Shown here: in pieces, positions 34,700-47,400 of the stretch
How positions within the stretch are numbered: position 1 is the stretch's first letter
Layout of the letters: each line of letters begins with the position of its first letter
Assembly (NCBI RefSeq): GCF_964355755.1
Contig: NC_092680.1
Span: forward strand, 2,542,001-2,606,000
DNA length: 64,000 bases
Source of the DNA: Antedon mediterranea
Taxonomy: Eukaryota; Animalia; Echinodermata
Direction of reading: 5' to 3'
The notes under the pieces: generated by a model
The model's input: only the letters and a program-made list of their open reading frames with translations
What the model was told of the DNA's origin: nothing
Databases searched by the model: none
Program-made: the position numbers and the translations under genes

Positions 34700-37600
34700 C
34701 AAACTAATGGTGTAACTCAACCAGCAGTTGATTACTATTTTAACCCTCTGTTCCAGAACTTTGTGTACAGCTATCCATTTTGTGTGTCGGTTCTGTAGAC
34801 CTCCTTACCCTTTTTGCCATTAGCAATAATTGATACAAACTGATAAATGATAACAATTAATCAAGATTAAATTAGATTAAATAAAATGTTTTCTAATGTA
34901 ACCATCATTGAAACATGTTTTTAGAATGCTAAGATCTATGATTTAGAAAAATATTTGGACACATTTGGAAAAATAATTTATGAATTTAGAATACTGTAAA
35001 TTTCAGTACCCCTTGTATGAACTGTTACAAAAGATAGGCCAATAGCCATTTATATTTGTACAGGTCGGTGTACACTATTTCAATAGTAAAAAAAAGTGTG
35101 ATGATATGACATCATCATGGCCATATCACATTTTTTTGTGTATGCAGAGATAAGTCAGCAGATATTGGCAACCAGTCCAGATAATGAACGGAACGGCGTA
35201 TACTTGGCTTGTATTATACGTATGCGCAGATTAATATTCGGTATAACCATATAATGCTAAACGCTTGTTAGCATCGAATCTGGAACAAAACACTTTATTC
35301 ATGCGACGTCCCAAAATATTGATTTATTTCATTTTCTGACTGCTTGGCTCGCATGGAATTATGTTATGTTATTTTGATTTAAAATGGGCCTACTAATGGG
35401 CTGCAATTAAATACCTTTATCATTTTTATAAAAAAATTAATTCTTATTCTTGAGCACTGTATGGAGATTTAAATATTGTACCATAGTACAAATTCTACAT
35501 TAATTTTCAAGGCTATTCCTTATGAATTATACCTTCATTTTAATATGTTGAATGATGTTTATATTGATTTAATATTTTTTTATTAGAACACATTGTCCCA
35601 ATTAATTTATTGTCCAAATTAACTTTAATTAAATTGTGTGCTATTTGTATTTATAGTGTGAATAATTCACCATATATATAGTTTGGAGAAATAATTTCTC
35701 CAGGGTGAAAGTATATAATTCGTTATATTTGCATTAGAATTATGTAATAATACTGGCTTTGTAAACATTATGTGAATTTTTAAATTTGCCTGTTGAGCTC
35801 AGAGCCGTAGCCACCAGTACGTGTGGTTTCTTTATTTCGGCACCACCGAAACACAACTCATGGCTACGCCACTGGAGCTGTGGTTGGCATTATTTTTAAA
35901 TATACAGTAACTGGTTTGTCTGTATAGTTTGATCTAAACTAGTCGTTGAAATTGTATGAATTATTTTGTTATACAGGGTTCCGATGTTTGTGAAATTAAA
36001 AATGTGAAAATGAATATTTGTTAGTTTATTTATGTCTTTAGATGAAACTTGCATTTGCAGAGATGCTGGTGTTTTATGTTTGAAATTGTGGCAGATGCTA
36101 GTACTGTATATAAAATCATTTCATCTAAACATTGCAACTTTTGGAAAGAATAGATTTTTTTTATAGTTTACTTGCTTGATGAATCGGTTAACAAGCTTAT
36201 ATGACCCTTCCTACACTTTCTGTGCAACAAGACTATATAGTAAATAGTGTACGAAAACGTGTATTAAAAAAAACAACTATAACGTGAGTGTGGGTTTTAA
36301 AGATGTGCTTATATGTCAAAAAGTAAACTTGCAGTCAAGAGTCTTCCAATGTTCATTTAGCAGTGACTACTTGAATTGATTGAAGCTTGATACTTTTAGT
36401 ACATTCCATGTGCCATCTTGGAAGCAAAGATTTCCCACCAGAGCTCTCCCTCTAGTCCGATTCCAAGTAAGGCTGAAAGTTGTACAACATGCAATACTGT
36501 ATTATATATTATTTTATTCAGACAATAACCATTCATTTTTAATTCATAATCGGGCAGATCCAGGTTTTTTTTGTGGTGTCAAAAACAATTATTTTGGCTG
36601 TCAAAAGGGGTGTGTTCTTCTAGCAATCCTCATGGATCCGTCCATTATAAAATTTTCCAATTCAATCATGCCATGTGCAGCCCAAGGGAGTTCACAGTAC
36701 ATACAAAAATAAAGCTTCAACATGAGTTGCCCTACAATTTTATTCACATTTCTCTATATTTACAATACGTAGGACAAAGGCAGCTTTTTTTATTTAAAAA
36801 CAAAGTAAATTTAAATCACAATGGGGTATTGTTACTATACTTAGCTGCACCCACAGTAGTATCTATAACACTTCAATCACAAATAATCTGCGGAAGGCAT
36901 TACTAATCAAATGAGAAAAACTAATAATGTACAATCATATTGTTTGAAGGTTTGCATGGCGAAATCAAATGTGTGCGGTATATACGTAGTGTATCGCAAA
37001 CTTTATATCAACAATGTAGAATCATTAAAATGAGAAAAATTAATGTACAATCATATATTTTGTTCAGGTTTGCATGACAAAATCAAAGGTTGATATCAAG
37101 TTTACAGTACAGCACATATATACATGGTGTACCGCAAACTTGACATCACGTACATACGTGGTGTAACGCAAACTTTATATCAACACTGTACAATCATTCA
37201 ATTACAGTATTGCAGAGATTTGACAAATAGTTTTCTTTGATATCTTCCATTTAAATGTTATGGACACAAATAAATATTGATTAATTATCAATAATTAAAT
37301 AAATAAAAGACTTTACTGTACATAGCTTGAGACATGATGATTTACAGTAATAGAACTGAATATATAAATTTGAATTTAACACCCGGAATTAGGTAAATAT
37401 GGTACACCCTAGATTATTTGAGTCAGTCCAAGCGTTCTAATAATAAGGAAACTAATATGAAATTGTATAATAATGAAAAAAGACAAATACATATTTTAAA
37501 TTGAAGATTTAGTTAATTAAACATTAAGTTTCTAAAAGAAAAATGTGGTATGCTCATAGTACAATATCTTGTTAAAAGCAGAATATTGTTTGATACCATA

Positions 37601-38461
37601 ACCACCACCTTTAAACCAACACCCCCCACCTCCCCCAATAACACCCATTTTTCCAATTCGAATAGTCTATGAATAAATTGTCTTGGCATTATTTATTAGT
37701 ACACTTTTGTGCGTACTAATAAAAATCGTTTCATTTAAATAGCACACCGTAATGTATTAATTTTTACATTATACTGTAGTAAGAAATAATGTATTTGAGA
37801 TAGAAAAGGAATAGTTCTAATTTATACCCACTTAACTCCTAACATGGCGATATGTATTATAATTGATATGGGTTTGAACAATTATCTACAATACTACTTC
37901 TTCTTTGTACTCATATAATTTCTTTCTATAAAATGTTAGTCCCTTGACTGTAATAATTTTGATACCCAAGAATTCATTCCATCTTCTCAATACAAGGGAT
38001 TTGTGTTAAGTAATAATTTGATAGGGTTAATGTACAGCTCTGTCTACACTATCAAACTTTATGTGACAAAAAAATGTGATGTGCCTATATATGGACATTT
38101 CATATTTGGTCATATCACTACCATATTTGGGCACATCACACTTTTTTTTGTCAAACTAGTTGGATAGTGTAGACAGAGCTTTAATGATCGAATATGCACT
38201 TGTTGAACAAGCTGAGTGTTAGTTGTTTAATAGGCAACAGGTATAAACTATATTCTGCTAGGCTTACATTAATTATTAGCCACATACTTTCAAACTGATT
38301 ATTTACATTATACCTTTCTATTCATTTCAATTATACATGTTATGCTTATTTACGGCATATCAAGTTAATAAATCAAACTTAAAACATCTTTAACAAGTGT
38401 TGCATGGGAGTAATTACCACCCCATCGCTTATTCGATCATTCACAGTGTAAAACCAACAGC

Positions 38462-41400
38462 CTACTGGGGATTTGGGTTCCAAAAGTGATGCCCAGGTGG
38501 CTGCTGGGAAGGCGAATGGGCCATCTGAGGTAGCTGTTGGTTATATGAGGCGGGAGGAGGTTGAGAATATGTAGGGTTGGTACGAGTGTATACTACCTGA
38601 TGGTGTACAACACCACCATAGGCAGATGTAGAGCCTGGGGGATGGTGCATTGGTTGAGAAGATGGGGGATAAAGGGGTTGGGAAGCGTTGGGATAGGGAA
38701 TCTTCCCTTGTATGTGATTATACATTCCCATATTATGCTGCATCCGATTCCCATCATCGTCTTCATCCGAATCCCCAGCATAGTCCACCAATCGCATTCT
38801 TTTGCTTACCCCACTGGGGGTATCTTCTGGAAGGCACACCCTAGATTTACCTGTTTTTTATTTTCCAAATATTAATTTTCAGTCCCAATTGATTTATTCC
38901 AATAAACCGGAAATATTAATTAATTAAATTTGCGTACAATTTTGAAAATTTTTTTTCAATTTTTTCATAATTTAAAGAGAAAAAAATTTGAAGAGAAAAT
39001 GAATAGTTAGATTCGCCAATTTTGACGTGAAATAGTAAACGGCGATGACACGTTGAACACATCCAGTTTGAACAATGGAGAAGACAGCAACATGCAAGAG
39101 AAAAGAGAAACAACAACAGCAATGTTAGTTAGCAATCTGAGTACAAGAAAAACAATGTTGTAATAATAAGGACCAGATATAATAATTCTTATAATTATGA
39201 AAATGGAATACAATGCCTATGTATGCATTGTAATACATTTTTTATTTTTTTCTAAGTTCTGAAAATGTCATCAAATGCAATGCCTATGTATGCATTGAAA
39301 TACATTAATTTTTTGTTAATGTTCTAAAAATGTCATCAAAATCGAAGGCAACATATTGTATTGAAAATTTAAAATGTTCTTTAGTTATTTGCAACATTGT
39401 TTTTAAACCTAAAAATGCAATATACTTGCATTTTTTTTCTGTGGACAAAAGTAATGGTTAATATTGGATTGGTCCAAAATGAACATTGATAATCCTAAAG
39501 TTTCGGAGAGAGAATTGGAGAAAAAACTGCCTGTTAGTTACCCCTAGCAACTAAATCTTTAATTATAACTTAGTCAAGATGTTTTCAAATGTTAAGTGCT
39601 AATTATGGAATGTCATTTCTATCCCTATACACTATTGGACACATGCACATATCAAACTGTCTATTTACAATTTTTTTTGGTAATTTTGTGAGGACTCGAG
39701 GCTAAATAGACAAACATCATTATGAATTAAATAAATACAATAATGACAATGTCAGTAATAGTAATAACATAATAATCTAAATTTTAGTGCTAGCTAATTA
39801 ACTGGGAGAAAAAAAAAATAATAAAAAAATATCTATCTAATGATTAAAATATCTACAATTGTATTAATGAATTAGACTATATAACATTTATAAATAAACT
39901 ATTTCACTAGTAGTACTAAAAGTAATTAATATCAATTCTGCTTGATATACAATACTATTGGTAAAATGGAATAAACTTGCAATGGTTTAAAATACACAAT
40001 ACAATGTTAAAACAAGACACAAATATGTGATGAAAATTCTACTTCATAGCAAATTTGCTCTCCTTGCTAATAAAAGGATTTCAGACAATATTAAGTGCCA
40101 TGCTTTGACCTTTGACATGTGTAGGTTAAACCAAACAGAGGCTTATTAATTCCTAGTTAAGAGATATGGGATACAAAATCGGTATGTAATTAGTGCTGGA
40201 GATGCAGTCTCCCCTACCGAGGGGATAAGATTGATGTCCTTTAAGAGAATAGTAATGTAAAATAATAACATCAATAAGTGTTTCCAGAATTTATTTATCG
40301 ACGAACCCCTGTAGAGAACGGAGGAGAAAAATGTGCCTAGTGGCGACAAACCTGAAGCTGGGAGTTGTGGTGGCGGCATCAGATCACGGTCATGTGCTAC
40401 ATTAAACGCTAGTCCCACTGGCACTGGTGGCGGCGGCATTAACCTGCAACAAAGCATATGTAACATTCCTAGGGTGTTGGGAACACAAAACACCTACAAT
40501 GTGCAATCGAGTATAAATGAATTTATCATAACTATTGGTATTAAACTTTAACAAAATAATATCGGCTGAATATCTTATTTCCAAGATTTAACAAAAATAG
40601 AAATTCAGTTTTTTAGAAGGCACAGTGTATGAATGGAATGGAATGGGTATATTACAATTAGATATAAAAGGCATTGAAAATTGCCAAAATACTAGTATAA
40701 TTAGTACAAATTAGTAAACATTTGTAATTTTGTAACTTATGGGATTAAACACATATTTGATAAAATGAATGAATTAATGTTTATTTTAATGTGTTGATAT
40801 TAAATATTAATACTCTCTTAAAAAAGCAGTAATAGAGAATTTAAAATGAACATGCAAGGAAAATCCCAGATTAATTAGCCTCCTTGGAGGTGCAATTTAC
40901 CTAGCATCATCTGGATTTTGAAGTCTAGGCGAATGTGCCATAACACCATGAGATGGTCCGTGACTGGTTTGAACCGGTTGTCCAGGTGGTGGATGGGACA
41001 GATTTCTTGGTGGAGAGCTGGCACCTAGATTTGTCAAGTGGGGAGGGCCATGCTATGTAGAGTAAAGAAATGCATGTTAAGACATAGAAATTTGTAAAAA
41101 GAAAACCTGGTTAGAATCTTATTTAGCATGCTTGATAATCCTGGGCATCAAGCATAATACCATGCTAAACCGGGTATAAGCCCACCCTGGGATAAAAGCA
41201 TTCATGTTATACCTAATTATCCATGTAAAAATAGATTGACCAACTATGTGTTGGCTTTCTAGTACACGTACCATACTTGGGCAAATGTTCAAATGAGGGA
41301 GATGGGGAAGGAAGGGTTGGGCTGGGCTTATACCCGAGTCAGTTCAGTATTTAATATCCATCTTCTGCAAAAATTTCTTATTGGTGAAAAACAAGATTTT

Positions 41401-44400
41401 AAATTAAATTCTAGCTCTTCATTAGCACAATCGTCACAGAATTCTACCTTTACATGGATAAAAACAAAACAATCATAATCAAACTCATCTGCCCAAATGC
41501 TTTTAAAAGTTGAAAAGATCCTAAGATATCGGCAAGCAAAAAACATGAAAATAAGAGAATAAAAGGGAAGGAATATGGACATATTAAAGAGAAAAATATG
41601 AATTTGAAATTCATTATTCAATCTTTATTTGATCATTCCTGATGATGGATTAGATCTCTATTCCGCTTAAAAAGAAATTAAACTGTATAGGATAAAAAAC
41701 AAATTTTAGTTTTCTGTTGCACAGAAATGCGTTAAAGATAGAAAATAAAAAGTTTATTATTATTTGTCGAACCTGGTAGCCTAAGAGACCGTCTTCTAGT
41801 TTTTCCGGATCCTCTTTAAAGTGTCGTTTCTGAGGTTGTTGACCCTGTTGATGTTGTACTTGTTGATGCGGCATCTGTGGCTGCATCGTTTGCAACTCTT
41901 TTGGTGGTAGGTAAACGTTGAGTTGTTGAGGCATGTGCGTCACGACAGGTTGTGGCGGGGGCTGTTGTAGAAAGCGAGGAGATGGTCCTTGGTTTAGTGA
42001 ATGTTGGATAACGGGATGGACTGCACCACCAGGTGTGTTTACTACCGATACCGGAATCTATATGAAAAAAAAACAATGTACAAATTACTAGAATGGCCCT
42101 AATAGTAAACAAGAAATAGACCACAATCAACACACCAATATTACCATATATATTGTACCAATCCAAGTCAACACAATATAATGTGATATTCTTACCAAAC
42201 TCTAAGCTCTGTCTACACTATCCACATATCACTACCATATTTAGGCATATCACTACCATATTTGGGTACATCACACTAGTTTGATAGTGCAGACAGAGTT
42301 TAAAGATAATACTTATTTTAATTTAATTGTTATTGTTACATGTTTATGTCTCATCAAGATGTATTTTTGTGAGGACACCCTCGTAAAATATTGTTGAAAT
42401 AAAATAAATAAATAAAATAATCTCAGTAGGTGCGACCGAACATTGGCACCTACAGTGCATACAAATTGTACACTTACATGTGTGGTGACTATCTGCTGAG
42501 TCTGAGGGACTTGTTGTTGCATGGGTACCTGTGTTCCTGGTACCTGACCTGGACGTTGCATATGCTGTATTTGAACAACTTGCTGTCCTATGCCTGGCTG
42601 TATAGCTTGCGTTAGCTGAGGCCGTTGTACCAAGACTGATGATAGAGTGAGGGGCTGTTGAGTTAACTGAGGTGACTGCTGCCCTAGTGATGGTGCAGTG
42701 ATCACTATGAGAAAAAACAAATGTAAATTACTAAAGCTTTGTCTACACTACCAAATATAATAGTGATATGCCCAAATATGGCAGTGATATGTCCAAATAT
42801 GGTAGTGATATGTCCAAATATGGCAGTGATATGTCCAAATATGGTAGTGATATGTTCAAATATGCCAGTGATATGTCCAAATATGGTAGTGATATGACAT
42901 TCATATATGGACACATTTTTGTTGTCACATAAAGTTTGATAGTGTAGACAGAGCATAAGGAAGAATGTGTTTGTATATGCGGTAAAGACTGACTCAACAG
43001 AATTACAATTTATCTAATGTTGGCAGAGCAGTAGACCCAAAATCTGACTTAAGATATGGAACTGTTCGCAATGTCATTAATTTTGGAGGATTGTATCGGC
43101 GATAGATTTATGTCTGGAAAATCTAGGCCTTCTTTTTCCTCCATATAAATATTCAATAAAAAATTCCTTTGTACATACCCGTTTGATTAGATAAACCTGC
43201 AGAGGGGAGGTGGACTGATGCTGTGCTAACCTGTAACCGTATCTGCCTAGGGCCTTGAGGGATCTGGGGAACAAGTTGTTGTAATTGTGTCTGTTGGTTG
43301 GCCATTGCCGCTGTGAGTGAAGCATGTTGCAGCTGTACTTGTTGCTGGCCTACAGATGACATCTGAATTTGCTGTGGTTGAATTGCTTGCACATTTTGTA
43401 CTGCAGGCATTTGTACAGTTTGTAAATTTACTACACCTATAACAACAGACAGTTATTGGGTAAACAAGTGTAATGTCCCCAAATATGGTAGTGCTATACC
43501 CAAATATGACATCATCATGTCCATATATGGGCACATCACATAGAGTAGACAGCTTAAGAATGCTAACTACAGTAGAAGTTAATACAACAGCCAAGCGTTG
43601 ATACTCAACAAGTTTTATTGGTATTACATGATGTACTGTAACAATTACTTTTAAAAAATGTATCTGTTGGCAGAGCAGTAGACCCAAAATCTGACTTAAG
43701 ATATGGAACTGTTCGCAATGTCATTAATTTTGGAGGATTGTATCGGCGATAGATCTATGTCTGGAAAATCCAAGCCTTCTTTTTCCTCAACAATATTACT
43801 ATTATTATTATTAAACTTTTATTTTATAGAAAAAAAATGCTTAAAATCCAAGCAATTCCCAAATCTGTAACAGTGAACTTACCTGATGGACCAACAACAG
43901 GTTGTACTCTAACTGAAGGTGATATTATCTGACTTTGCAATCGACTGTATTCACAATGAACCTTTACATAAAAGAGAAAAAAAAATATACCAGGTTGCAA
44001 TCAGAGATTTGAATGGTGCTTCGTTAAGCTATGTTAGACAGGCAAATTTGCCCTATGTATCCAGTTTCGGAGAGTAATTATATTTTATAAATTTATAAAT
44101 AATTTTATATATTTATAAATAATTTATTATTGTTTATTACCGTTTGAATAAGATTGTCACATAGTTTCTTAGCAGCTTCAATAGATTCTAGTTTTGGATG
44201 ACTGAGATGTACGTGCATAGGTTCAAACGCCTCTCGTCCTGATATTGGATCAGGGGTGCCTGAACCTTTCCCTCGCAACGTTACATTCACTCCAGTTTCT
44301 GTTCGTATGTGCATGAGAAACGAGCCCTAGCAAAAACAAAACATTAACGTATATTATAACATGACTTCAAGAATGTAGCCAATCAGACGTGCTGAAATGA

Positions 44401-47400
44401 GTCACATGTTCAAATTTGGAACAGAGGCTAAGGTTGAGATAGGTACATTTAAATAGGGATGTTCAGACGAGTTGGAGGTAAGCCCTGAAATAGCAGTTTG
44501 TTTGTTGTAAGCCTTGGGTAGTGTTTTTGTATTAAGGCCATCTACATAATTGCTTATAATCACTTGTTAAAAAATGTATAAATTTTTACTTACTCCTGGT
44601 CCGAGTATTTTGTCTTTTACACTGTATGAAGGATGTGCGTGGTCCAGCCCAATAAATATCTTTTCTTGATTCATGTGCTGTGAACAAATACAAAAGATAC
44701 TAACATTGTGTTGTAGTAGTACAATACTTCCTGAATTTCCTGATGTTTTAAGCCCTGTCTACACTATCCATATATGGACATGATGATGCCACATCAAACT
44801 AGTTTGATAGTGTAGACAGAGCTTTAGATGTTATACTACAACCATCTTCTGGAGTAATGCTAGGCGAGTAAAGTTGAAGCAAATATAAAGAGAGCCAAGC
44901 CTAAGGTGTGGTTATCTCAAGACAATTAGTCTTAGCCAAAAACAATTGTGTTGCTTATAGGTGTCAAAGTAAATGCTGGCCTTTGCTCCAGTGGGCGTGT
45001 GTAAAATGACTAAACGAAGTTAGAATACACATAGTGCAGGGCATGATGACATTCCAATGGAATCATCATAATTTTTGGAATCACATGATAGTGTAGCACA
45101 AACCTTACTTTACAAGGGTCTTTTTATGACAATTTTATTCAAACTGTTGGTAGACTTAAAAAGTATACATGCCAAATTTTTTTTCTTCAAAAATGATACG
45201 TACGTTTAATAACGAAAATTGTTTTAACACTATGGTCAACCTCTTTTCAGGGGACACTTTGGTCTTATTTGAAGTTCTACTCAATTACAAATAAGATAAG
45301 ATAATTTATTTCGTCCACAAAACAAGTGGAAATAATGGTGCTTGTCTCACGCAAAGTTAAAACGGAAAAACAAATATCAAAACAATTAAAGTTATTAACA
45401 TCAATATCTACAAAATAAAATATAATTGTCAGTCTTTACTTACCACTGACTGAGATGGTGCTCTTGGAGGTGAAATTGTCATTAAAGGTGGAGGAACCTG
45501 CCTGTTACCCTGATTGACACTACCTGGGCCTGATAGGCCAGGCCTGACAGGTGCAGGCTCAAATCTACTTGGCCCTAGTCTACTACGCCCTCTTCCCTTT
45601 GGTTGCATGTTGTCTGCAATTATCTCTCTAATACTCATTACAGCTCCTATAATATATCAAACAATTTTGTTAAGCTTTATCTACAGTATCAAACTTTATG
45701 TGATGACTGATGTCATATCACTACCATATTTGGGCACATCACACTTTCACATTGTATGTGTGTTAATTATTAAGTATTTGTTTACATTGTAGTATCATTT
45801 GTTTACCACTGTAAATAAATGTTACATCACAATACAGGGTTTTTGTCAGGTTGCATAGAGTGGCAACCAAGTCCCATCTCCCTCCCTCACAAGAACCCTG
45901 ACATTACAATAATAATAGTTCATTCATATATAGCGCATATAAGCAAGCTCCCAATGCGCTGCACATTATTACCCCAGTCATTTTTTGGATACTACACATA
46001 TGGAAACATACACCCATAATAACAATACAATTTATAGCTATTAAAAATGTAGTCTAGAGTTATTGTTGACTAACCATGGATCACACTAATCTAACTCAAT
46101 TCTGGTTTAACTTATAACTCTAATAACGCAAACAATACATACTATCCACCGCCTCCTTGTCTTGTCCTTGTACGCATAGGTATAAAGGTCGCTCTCTATG
46201 AAAATATAAGAAAACATTTAAAAAATACATTCTTTAAATTTGTATCCCCTTTTCAAACTCATCTAAAGCTTTGTCTACACACAGAAAAATGTGATGTGCC
46301 CATATATGGACATGTCATATCACTACCATATTTAAGCATATCACTACCATATTTAGGCATATTACTACCATATTTGGGCACATCACACCTTTTTTGTCAA
46401 ATTAGTTTGATAGTATATAGCTTTAGAGTATTGGTGTAAATATTATTATTATTAAATGTCAAATAAAGTTTGATAGTGTAGACAGAGCTTAAGTTATTCA
46501 CAATAAAAATAATACAAATAAGGAAGCAATTTAGGTAATTAACGTACCCCATGTTGTTCTTGGCCCTGTCTGCATATGACATGTATCTCCCTCTGGTTGA
46601 TACAGCAACACCAGTCATTTTACTAATCTGAAAAAAAAAAAAGGTTTTCATAATTTTCTATGCTTTAACCATAACATTGTTATACTCAATTTAAAATGTA
46701 ATATTGCAAAAATCTAGTTTAAAAACCCAAATATGTCAACTGAACATATGAAATAAGTTCATCTGCTAACACTTTAATATGATACATGTATAGGGCTTGG
46801 TTTACAAGCCCAATCAACAATATGTAGTAAACACATGCATGGCCTAAGAAATTCTGTTTTATTTGTGGACTAAAAGTCGTAGTTAGTCATGCCTCGGGTC
46901 ACATTCTATGGTCACCGTACAGGTAGGCTACTACATCAGTACTTCTATGAATGGATGACTAGTCGGTGACAATAACGCTAGTTGGTCATACCCAGTACCG
47001 TTTTGATTTTACGATCATTCGGGAAACCACCTCACGACGTTTTATTTGTGGACTAGCAATAAATTAGTAGAATAAGCATTAAAGCTCTGTCTACACTATC
47101 AAACTTTATGTGAAAAAAATGTGAGGTGCCCAAATATGGAAGTGATATGCACAAATATGTTAATGCTATGACATCATCATATATGGGCACATCACATATC
47201 ACATAAAGTTTGATAGTGTGGACAGAGCTTAACAAAAGCATTTACTTACATCATCTTGAGTAGAGCCTCTAGTTAGCAGATTGCGACAGTGGATTGGTAC
47301 ATCATTTATCTCAACCTCTGCAACAATCTGATCTTCTTTCTTTTGTGGATTTGCACTTGTCTAGAACAAATGTTAATTTTATGGCACATTTAAAAACAAA

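Noticed and set aside
31259-34720. Short antisense and alternative-frame ORFs within the zinc-finger CDS
   Set aside because: Shadow ORFs expected in a long, GC-richer coding exon.
40330-40352. Possible GC-AG donor after ...GLSPL in KHDC4
   Set aside because: A canonical GT donor in the same phase exists at 40351 (TCAG|GTTTGT).
44930-44941. 12-nt TCTTAGCCAAAA complementary to the U2 snRNA 5' region, with ATGATGA motifs nearby, as a C/D scaRNA
   Set aside because: The complementarity is on the strand opposite to the KHDC4 transcript and has no adjacent D box; plausibly chance.
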